Virus record (IMG/VR): IMGVR_UViG_3300030330_001768
Span: 1-31,129 of that record
Strand: one strand, 5' to 3'
DNA length: 31,129 bases
Source of the DNA: a virus
Lineage: Duplodnaviria; Caudoviricetes
Shown: positions 23,439 through 31,129 of the stretch, in pieces
How positions within the stretch are numbered: the first letter of the stretch is position 1
Layout of the letters: the number at the start of each line of letters is the position of its first letter
Translations under genes and position numbers: made by a program
The notes under the pieces: model-generated
Seen by the model: only the letters and a program-made list of their open reading frames with translations
What the model was told of the DNA's origin: nothing
The model's database searches: none

Positions 23439-24202
23439 CGGGATTCGCTCCACTCATCATAAGTGCGGAACACTTGCGTTTCCGCTTCCCAACACTTGCG
23501 AGTTCGCGGTGACTTCAACAACTGAGCGCGACCTACCACACAGCCCTGACCCCACAACGTCTTGTCACACTTTGAAGCCCAGTCAGGAGCCAGATCCCGA
23601 AGGCAGCCGGGATTCGCTACCCACCAGTTCAAGGGCCATGACACACCACCCTTGATTCTTTCTGGTGGGCCTGGCTGCGTCGGTCGATGTGTGTGACCAT
23701 GAACATACAGCCCGTACTCACGAGTCAGGGAGCAGACCTCTTTACGAATCGCGGAGTGACTGGTTGCGAACCCATGACAGAAGACAACTTGACCAAGTCG
23801 AAACACGCCACGGTGTCTACAGTTCTCGTACTTGATCGGGGTTTCCCAATGCTCAAATTCAGGCTGGTGCTTCGCCCAGTGCAATGCGTTCTTCACACGC
23901 GGATCTATGTGAGGACTGTGCAGTCTCCACTCGTGATTGCCGGGCAGGAAGATTCGCCTGCTGTCTGGTGAAGCCTTCCTGATCTGAGCAAGGATCTTGT
24001 TGTGAGCTTCGTACTCTTGATCCGCGTCGATGCTCTCGATGTCGGCGTGCTTTGAGGCCCACGCCATTTCCATCCCATCCCCAAGATGAACCACGCAATC
24101 AGGCTGGTGCTTTGCGACTTGCCCACACAACCAGTCAATCGCTTCTGGGTCGTGAAGCGGTGCGTGAACACAGGAGAAGGCTAGGAAAGACTTGTCCTCC
24201 AT
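23435..24202 (-). CDS. Calcineurin-like metallophosphoesterase (255 aa)
   Basis: Motifs (C)xH, LGD, GNHE, HG, GHTH in the canonical order. Confidence 0.88.
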   Translation of the reverse strand: MEDKSFLAFSCVHAPLHDPEAIDWLCGQVAKHQPDCVVHLGDGMEMAWASKHADIESIDADQEYEAHNKILAQIRKASPDSRRIFLPGNHEWRLHSPHIDPRVKNALHWAKHQPEFEHWETPIKYENCRHRGVFRLGQVVFCHGFATSHSAIRKEVCSLTREYGLYVHGHTHRPTQPGPPERIKGGVSWPLNWWVANPGCLRDLAPDWASKCDKTLWGQGCVVGRAQLLKSPRTRKCWEAETQVFRTYDEWSESR

Positions 24203-24507
24203 TAGTCCTTCCGCCTATCTTCAGGGTCCAACTTACCGATGCGTTCCCAGTCGGGGTCGATCTCTTTCATCAACCGGATCATTGTTTCAAGCCTGACCAG
24301 GCTGTTGTCAAGAGCGCGTACCCGGTCAATGAGCTTTACGATCATGTCCCACAACGACTGAATCTTTGACAACAGGATGTTCATCATCCAACGCAGCATC
24401 AGGTACAGGACAAAGATCAGCAGTCCCGACATGAAGATCGGAAAGCCCAGTGTCTCAACTAGGTGAACAAATTGATTTACGTCTTCCAAGTGCCGCTCGC
24501 TATCCAT
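24202..24507 (-). CDS. Holin-like / YvrJ-like membrane protein (101 aa)
   Basis: 'VETLGFPI...LIFVLY' TM segment, coiled coil, charged tail; follows the structural genes. Confidence 0.55.
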   Translation of the reverse strand: MDSERHLEDVNQFVHLVETLGFPIFMSGLLIFVLYLMLRWMMNILLSKIQSLWDMIVKLIDRVRALDNSLVRLETMIRLMKEIDPDWERIGKLDPEDRRKD

Positions 24508-24534
24508 GCGTTAGGCAGTGCATCCCCCGCACCA

Positions 24535-27500
24535 CTATTTGTTGCCCATTACTTCCATTGCCTTTCTTTCTTCGGATGCCATATCGTTCTGAATTTGTTC
24601 TATTTGCGTATCGACATTCTCGCCAGCCTTCTCTCTGGCCTCCAATAGCCTCAACTCTTTACGCAAGGATCTCATCCGACTTTGAATAGCCTTGTTCTCA
24701 CGCTTAATCATGTTTGCGTATTCACGCTGCTCATCAGTCATATCTTCAACATCGTCGTAGTGCGCGTCCAACTTTCGCAAGTCGCCCACAGGGTCATTGA
24801 TGTTGCCCTCCCAACCACGCAGAGCTTTGTTCACCAGCGGGTGGAATGGGTTGCCGGTAGTCAATGAAACAAGTTGGTTCACAAACCGCCCGGTGTTTGC
24901 AATTATTATGCGATAAGAGGCATCCATTTCATCGTCAGTCAATTTCATAAGTTCGTTCTCAACTCGTGAAACACTGCGAACCATATCAGTAAACGAATCG
25001 CCAACAGCGGAACTCATAAACGAGTCCGCGTACAAATCTTCACTGAACATAGAACCAACGGATTCAAGTACGCCGCCAAAGATTGGACTAATTCCAATAA
25101 GTGATCTGGTTACGTTCCCCCAAAGGTTTTTGTCCGCCTTCTCAAGTCGCTCTGCTTTCTTACGGTCATCTTCTTCATCACCCCAGAAGAACGCTCCAGC
25201 AGCACCAAGCATGAGCCAATACGAATGCCTAATAGGCACTTCCAACGCCTGCGACACAATACTGCCTGCAAGTATTCTTGCACCCTCTTGCTTGTTACCT
25301 TTCCTCAGTTGAGCCTGGCCTTCTGTCAAACGGTTTATCAACGCAAACCTATCTGATGAAAACAACAGGAACGACTCACCAATCGCACTGCGTCTCCAAT
25401 CAGAAGCAGCAACTGAGAAGTCAATTGTGCTGCTACTGTTCTGGGTTTCACGGATATCTGCTTCCGCACCTTGCAACGCAAGAGCTTGCTGCTGATCGTC
25501 TGACAAGTCGCCTCGCTCACGTTTAACTTTGGACAAGTTTGCACCGTAAGCAACCCCGACAATGTATCTGTCGATTGCGTCAAGGAATTGGATTGATTCA
25601 GCGGCAGACTTAAATGAACGCCTGGCACTACCAAGATCACCTGTTACGAGAGCCTTTAACGCACGGCCAACACCACGCTGAAACCCTTTGCGATTAACAG
25701 GAACAAGGCCGCCGTATTTCTGAGGTCCAAACCTTGTAATTGTAGACCTCGACCATCGTTCCTTAAAGTAACCACTTTGTTCCAAGACTTGACTCAACTG
25801 GTTGATGTTGGCACTTGCCCACGCCAGACCCTTTGCCATATCTCTGATATCCACACGACCGTACAATCGCGGTATGCCTGAGAACTGAATCAGCATTGTG
25901 CCTGGGTTCAGCATGATGTACGAGCCAGCCAAGTTGCTTGTTGCCGCTCTCCAGAATCGAGCAAACTTGCCACCAGTATCAGGTTCGTTTACACCTGCCG
26001 CTTCAGCCAGGTATCGCCTGATCGCCTTGTAGACCTGCGCACCGTATCGGCTTGTTATTGCGTTTCGTACATCCCTGTTTCTTGTAACCGCATCGGCAAC
26101 ACGAACAGATTCTGCCATGTGAATAATGCGCAAAGCCGTATCAACATGCTGGCTAAATGTGTTCAACGCAGGGCTAACAACAATAGGGTAATTGTTGCTA
26201 ACCCGTTGCTTGGTCATTCCAGAATTTTCTGCAAACAGAGACGCAACATTGCCAATGCCAGCATTGCCGTTAAGTATTTCGTTCAAAGTTTGTTCTGTTC
26301 TCAACGTGGACCGATCACGAGACACGGGGAAGTAGCCAACAACAGTGTCTGGGTCATACCCTTGTAGTCTGCGAAGAACACGGAAGACATCGGGCTGCAA
26401 TGTTTCCAATATGTTCTTCAGACCTTCGCCAAACTCCAACAACCTTGGGTCTAACTTTTCAAGTGCAGCAGAAAATTCGTCTTGTGTTACGTTCTCAATT
26501 AGAACTGCGGATTTGCCAGCACGACCAATGATAATTGGGTTTTCACCTTCAACTATCTGTTCAACTGTGTCTGGATCCATCAACGCCAAGTGCAGCAACT
26601 CACCTGGAAGCAATCGAACAGTCTTGCCACCAAGGGTTACCTTGGTAAGTTTGCCAGACAGGCCCAAACCGTGTGAAGCATCGAGTTTCATAGAAGCCTC
26701 TTCCAGACTTTCAAACCCGGCATCTACCGCTGCCTGTTCGAGCGCGTCAATAATTGCATGCTTCTGCTTATTCATTGCAGTCTCAGCCTTGCGGAAACTG
26801 TCTATGAATATCTTGTGCAACAACGAACTGCCGTCTACCTTTCCGGTAATACGTTTGATAATGTTCGGCATGTTGCCATGCCACAGCATAGCGTTCTTAA
26901 AGAACCCTACCTTGAATTCAGATTGTGCTTCTGATGCTTTAACACGTTCGCCGCCCGCACGCACCTTTGGATCAAGAGGATCACGAGTTGTTTGAATGTC
27001 CTCAAGTATTTCTTCAATAGCTCTTTCAATAGTTACGTTGCGTTCTTCTTTGATAAGGCGTTTGACCTCCAAAGCGTCTACAAGATTTGAAAGAATTTGT
27101 TCAGTTACCTCAGCCAAATCACGAGTTGCTTCTACGTTCGCCTCAACGCCGTCGAGCTTTTTACGACGAGTCATCATCTTGCCCTTGTTTGGACCAGATT
27201 TAATAGGCACAGTTTCACTTCTGCGACCCGTACCCTTGGTAATAAGACGTTTTAATTCTTGGCGTACAGTTTCAGGAACCTTCTGGCCATGACGCTTGAC
27301 ACGCTTTACTGCTTTGTCAAATCGCTTGACTTCTTCTGCCCAGCCAGACTTTGCTGCTGCGTTCACAATTCTTTCCAACGCTGCCAACATCTGACTTTCA
27401 GTCCTGACGTTCGTCAACATGCTGAGGTATCTGCCACGCACCTGTGGCGACAAAGTCTTTTGCATAACTTGTCGAACCTCTTTGCGCATCTTCTCAATGT

Positions 27501-30500
27501 CTCTGAATCCAGAACGCAACTTCGACAAACGGTTGCGTGCTACCTGTAGCAAGTTCTTAGATGCTTCGGCGTTTCGCTTTCTTGCTTCTCTTGCACTGGC
27601 CGTTACCTCTCGTCGGCCTTGCAAGTACGCCTTTCTGGCTATTGGTCCAGCAGAACGGTATTTGGCTTGCATTTCCAGAAGCTCAGCATCTTTAGTCTGC
27701 CCTGTTGTCTTTCGTACACGTTCCTTTGTTGTCGGTGTACGCTTAGGCTTCCGGGCTGCGAACTGGACAAACTCAGGAACAGCACCCTTCATCTTCTCAG
27801 GGAACAGCATGCCGGACTGCGTGCCGGTGTCCATATCCAACTGCTCGACCTTAGCTCCAAACTTCTTACCGATCTTGCGGGTTGCCTGTGGAATGATCTT
27901 GTCGTAGAAGACTTCCATGCCTACGTTGGGTTCTAGGAAGTTGTAGCGTTGAGTCTGCTGCTCACCAGTAGTCCAGGCAATGCCGTCGAACCCTTGGCCA
28001 ACTGCGTGAGCAATCACACGCTTGAGGGCGAGGTCGGGCCAGGTCTTCTTGAAAGGTGCGTCGGGGACTTGCCCTGCGCTACCTTCGATAACATCCACAT
28101 TTCCGCGTATTGATTCTGGAAGTGTTGCAACATACGCTTCTGCTTCAGCCCTTGTATCGAATGATTGACCGAAACGACCTGACACCCGGTTTCTAGTTTT
28201 AAACGAAGGCCGGAGATACCCCTTCTCTCTTCCCTGCTGATGCCAGTCGCTCTGGATCTCTTCGATAAACAGGATCTTCTCGCCGTTGGGACCGCGTCTT
28301 GTATTGAAGCGAGTCCAGACAAGGATGTTGGGTTCGTCGTAGGCGTGAGACATGAACCCTATAGGATCGTCTTCTTCTTTAATGGCCCTTTCTGCTAAGG
28401 CATCTAGTTCTGCAACTTCATTTGGGTCGGCATAGTCAGAGTACCCGTCAGGAGTGTCTAGCCGATCATACTTGTCTGCGATCTCTGCTAGCCGTCGGTC
28501 GTACTGAGACTGTGCTGATCTCATTGAGATCGTCAGTTCCCGGTAACCTCTGTCAGTCGGAGTCTGCTTCTCTTTATCAAGATCAATTTCAAAAAAAGCG
28601 TCTAATGGCATCCCCTGTTCCATTATCACATCTATGAATTCTCTAGCCCTATCGCGTGTGTTAAATGTGTTTAATACTAGCCCTGTATTTTCATCAACTA
28701 CTTGATAAGCGTCAATTCCCGGTTCACCCGAATCTACATCGCGAATTACATAAGATGGATCATCCTGATATGGCTCTGTGTATTGTTCGTATCGAACTTC
28801 TCCCATATCAGGCGGCGAGAATATTCCAAGCTCTCTCTCTAAATCCATGACATCCATTGTCATTGCTATTTCTTCAAGCACGGCTACAGATTCATCTGGA
28901 TTTTTTTCGCGCATCATTTCTACATGATGATCAATAAGAGCGTCACGGTATGACATGGGATCACTAGGATCGTACTGGAATCCCGGAGGTGTAATCTTTT
29001 CACCTTTCCAAGCCTCTTCTAACTGGACACTGTTGACAACATTCAGAGCTTCGTCGAGATCAACCTTCGGGTTCTCCTTCAGGTAGTCCTCCATACCCGT
29101 CCAATACAACTCTTCTTGCTTGACACCGTTCTTGACCAGGTAAGCACGAAGCGCACCGGAATCCCACTTACGCTGCTTGGCATCACGCATGACGCGGCCA
29201 AGTTGCGAGAAGAAGACACCTAGTTGTTTTTCTTCGGCTGGCCGGGCTGCGAATTGGATTGACGCTCCGCTTCCAATAGGCGGATTAGCCTTTCGCTTGC
29301 TGCTTCGGCCACTGGGTGAGTCAACATATTCTCTTGCCCCGTCGCTGAAGTACCAAGTCTTTGCCGACTGGACTCCAAGGGCAAAGTAGAGTTCTTTTTC
29401 TGCAAACCAGGCAACGGCTTGCGCGTCGTGTTCTGGGACATCAAGTCGCTTCCCAAGTTCTCTGTAGAATCGTTTTGCATATGGTCTTTCTATGTCTGTT
29501 GGCGCGTCATGCACACCTGTTTCTTTCGATACTTTTTCAAACAACAAACCGAATTCGCGCCCAAATGTTCTCATTGCCCAGACATCAATAGTGGTTTCAT
29601 CAATGCCATTAAGGTTCAGAAAGAATGGGCCAATCTTTGGACCCAACACATATGCGCCATGTTGTATAGATTCATTACGACCAGCAATGCTCATCGTTTG
29701 CGAAATTTTATACATCGCATTATCGGGAAAGCTATCATCAGCAAGCCTTGCATCACTGGCTGCCCCTCGCCTCATTGCACGCATTTCTGCAACAGACCTC
29801 TGAGACAACAACCACTGAACAGTACCTGATTCACCTAGCGTGTCGAACATGTGTTCTAAGATAGAAAACTGTTGAGCTATGGTATTGCCGCGTGTGCCAT
29901 ACAAAGCATTGTTCAATCGACGCTTTGGAATACGGCCATTAGACTTGTATTGCCCGTAAGCATAAGCAGCATCTTGCCAGTTGCTAGGTGCTTGCTGGCC
30001 ATTCGATAAAACAGCCGCAATCGACAGAAACACTTGCTGCTCTGTTAACCGGCCAGGATCACCAAGCTCAGGGTAGATATCTGCTGTTGTTTCTAACGCT
30101 TGACGTATATCTTTGTTGTACCAACCAATGCCACTATTTTCTTGGCTTAGTTGGTGACGCGCCATTTGTTCTACACGATCAAGAGCCGCGTTGAAATCAT
30201 CTTCATTTTTGTAATCGGTACGCTCGCGGTTAATAGCCATTGCAGCGTCACGAACAGTAATGGTTTTTCCTTGCTTACCACCCGTTGGCGTGACAGCCTT
30301 TGCGTTGGCAAGTTCTCTCCGCCTGCTCGCGTCTTCTGAAATTGACTTGACAGCAAACTGTACCGGAGGATCTAAAAGTTCCGGTACAGCATCGCCTCTT
30401 TCACGCAATGCTCCACCATCTCTGGGTTGTTTGGATACACGCGCTCGTAATGTGCCTTCCACCCTGCTTCGGATTCCGGGCCAGTCATCTCCACTCTTGG

Positions 30501-31129
30501 AGATGGTGTACGGTCCTGGGTCGATGTCAATTCTTGGCTTCTTGGCTGCAATGATCTGTTCTGCATTTGTTTCTGTTCCTGCGTATGTCATCAGAATCAC
30601 ACCTGGCATTTGTCCATTTGGCAATGGGTCAGGTGTGCTTTGGCCTTCTGATATGAACTCTTTATTGTATGGGGCGTAGTGAGTTTGGACAAATCCAAAC
30701 TGCCTATATAGGCCAGGAAGATGGCCGTCAAACGCATCTAAAGTCCTGCCACCTTTACTAATAGCGTCTGCTAGTGCGGCTTGACCTGCACCCCTGACAT
30801 TGCCGTTGTTAAACACACCTTGGATGTCATAACCGACAGAAATGTCATCATCATCGTTTCTTTTCAACATGTAGCCAGATGTACCGTCTTCAGAAATAAC
30901 TGCAATAACTTTGCCACTGTCAATATCTTGCTGAAGAGCAATAGGATCTTTAGGACTCAAGTACCCTTTGCGTTTGCTCTGCTGATGCGCAAGGGTTATT
31001 TCTTTAGCCGTGGCTGATTTGAATTTAACTTTGGGAACAGCAGCGGCGAACTGGGTAGGAGCTTCCTCTTCTTCAGGCTCCGTCACGACCGCTTCAGGCG
31101 TGACCTCTGCTGCCGGGCGTTCTTGCTGG
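24535..31129 (-). CDS. Giant multi-domain internal virion / polyvalent-type protein (>2190 aa, start beyond the right edge)
   Basis: Frame stays open past 31086 to the edge; GNAT-like, HhH glycosylase-like and 'EEIQSDW' domains separated by QFA linkers; ~1070-aa helical C-terminal core. Confidence 0.8.
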   Translation of the reverse strand, partial: QQERPAAEVTPEAVVTEPEEEEAPTQFAAAVPKVKFKSATAKEITLAHQQSKRKGYLSPKDPIALQQDIDSGKVIAVISEDGTSGYMLKRNDDDDISVGYDIQGVFNNGNVRGAGQAALADAISKGGRTLDAFDGHLPGLYRQFGFVQTHYAPYNKEFISEGQSTPDPLPNGQMPGVILMTYAGTETNAEQIIAAKKPRIDIDPGPYTISKSGDDWPGIRSRVEGTLRARVSKQPRDGGALRERGDAVPELLDPPVQFAVKSISEDASRRRELANAKAVTPTGGKQGKTITVRDAAMAINRERTDYKNEDDFNAALDRVEQMARHQLSQENSGIGWYNKDIRQALETTADIYPELGDPGRLTEQQVFLSIAAVLSNGQQAPSNWQDAAYAYGQYKSNGRIPKRRLNNALYGTRGNTIAQQFSILEHMFDTLGESGTVQWLLSQRSVAEMRAMRRGAASDARLADDSFPDNAMYKISQTMSIAGRNESIQHGAYVLGPKIGPFFLNLNGIDETTIDVWAMRTFGREFGLLFEKVSKETGVHDAPTDIERPYAKRFYRELGKRLDVPEHDAQAVAWFAEKELYFALGVQSAKTWYFSDGAREYVDSPSGRSSKRKANPPIGSGASIQFAARPAEEKQLGVFFSQLGRVMRDAKQRKWDSGALRAYLVKNGVKQEELYWTGMEDYLKENPKVDLDEALNVVNSVQLEEAWKGEKITPPGFQYDPSDPMSYRDALIDHHVEMMREKNPDESVAVLEEIAMTMDVMDLERELGIFSPPDMGEVRYEQYTEPYQDDPSYVIRDVDSGEPGIDAYQVVDENTGLVLNTFNTRDRAREFIDVIMEQGMPLDAFFEIDLDKEKQTPTDRGYRELTISMRSAQSQYDRRLAEIADKYDRLDTPDGYSDYADPNEVAELDALAERAIKEEDDPIGFMSHAYDEPNILVWTRFNTRRGPNGEKILFIEEIQSDWHQQGREKGYLRPSFKTRNRVSGRFGQSFDTRAEAEAYVATLPESIRGNVDVIEGSAGQVPDAPFKKTWPDLALKRVIAHAVGQGFDGIAWTTGEQQTQRYNFLEPNVGMEVFYDKIIPQATRKIGKKFGAKVEQLDMDTGTQSGMLFPEKMKGAVPEFVQFAARKPKRTPTTKERVRKTTGQTKDAELLEMQAKYRSAGPIARKAYLQGRREVTASAREARKRNAEASKNLLQVARNRLSKLRSGFRDIEKMRKEVRQVMQKTLSPQVRGRYLSMLTNVRTESQMLAALERIVNAAAKSGWAEEVKRFDKAVKRVKRHGQKVPETVRQELKRLITKGTGRRSETVPIKSGPNKGKMMTRRKKLDGVEANVEATRDLAEVTEQILSNLVDALEVKRLIKEERNVTIERAIEEILEDIQTTRDPLDPKVRAGGERVKASEAQSEFKVGFFKNAMLWHGNMPNIIKRITGKVDGSSLLHKIFIDSFRKAETAMNKQKHAIIDALEQAAVDAGFESLEEASMKLDASHGLGLSGKLTKVTLGGKTVRLLPGELLHLALMDPDTVEQIVEGENPIIIGRAGKSAVLIENVTQDEFSAALEKLDPRLLEFGEGLKNILETLQPDVFRVLRRLQGYDPDTVVGYFPVSRDRSTLRTEQTLNEILNGNAGIGNVASLFAENSGMTKQRVSNNYPIVVSPALNTFSQHVDTALRIIHMAESVRVADAVTRNRDVRNAITSRYGAQVYKAIRRYLAEAAGVNEPDTGGKFARFWRAATSNLAGSYIMLNPGTMLIQFSGIPRLYGRVDIRDMAKGLAWASANINQLSQVLEQSGYFKERWSRSTITRFGPQKYGGLVPVNRKGFQRGVGRALKALVTGDLGSARRSFKSAAESIQFLDAIDRYIVGVAYGANLSKVKRERGDLSDDQQQALALQGAEADIRETQNSSSTIDFSVAASDWRRSAIGESFLLFSSDRFALINRLTEGQAQLRKGNKQEGARILAGSIVSQALEVPIRHSYWLMLGAAGAFFWGDEEDDRKKAERLEKADKNLWGNVTRSLIGISPIFGGVLESVGSMFSEDLYADSFMSSAVGDSFTDMVRSVSRVENELMKLTDDEMDASYRIIIANTGRFVNQLVSLTTGNPFHPLVNKALRGWEGNINDPVGDLRKLDAHYDDVEDMTDEQREYANMIKRENKAIQSRMRSLRKELRLLEAREKAGENVDTQIEQIQNDMASEERKAMEVMGNK

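Noticed and set aside
3-31017. Plus-strand ORFs other than 15932..16174 (e.g. 3527..4129, 11369..12016, 26345..26995)
   Set aside because: Antisense shadows of well-supported minus-strand genes; no RBS or motifs.
1-31129. Stop-codon reassignment, tRNA genes, reverse transcriptase / diversity-generating retroelement
   Set aside because: All three stops end well-packed genes; no cloverleaf, RT motif or template/variable repeat pair seen by eye.

Overview
This window is most of a ~40 kb-class tailed dsDNA phage genome with podovirus-like organisation, and nearly all genes are on the minus strand. A late operon runs leftward from ~15527: nuclease, LexA-type HTH, membrane/lipoproteins, DNRLRE-like protein, small basic proteins, TerS/TerL, two DUF1415-like paralogs, Pro/Gln-rich proteins, portal, scaffold, major capsid, decoration/adaptor proteins and a truncated tail gene. 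It apparently resumes at the right edge (giant multi-domain virion protein, holin-like protein, metallophosphoesterase). An early/replication operon (23077->16196) carries RecE/RecT-like genes, an SSB-like gene, HTH proteins, a lambda-O-like initiator with an internal iteron array, a DnaC-like loader and a C5 DNA methyltransferase. Most notable: (1) the methyltransferase appears split between two nested reading frames, the +1 frame carrying three WxTP modules and motif IX; (2) the giant protein is a chain of effector-like cassettes separated by QFA linkers repeated at DNA level; (3) a perfect H-type pseudoknot lies between a terminator and an RBS in the capsid region; (4) several genes are bracketed by short direct repeats; (5) a repeat-rich divergent control region sits at 15528-15931. 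All family calls are by-eye motif recognition, with no database search.
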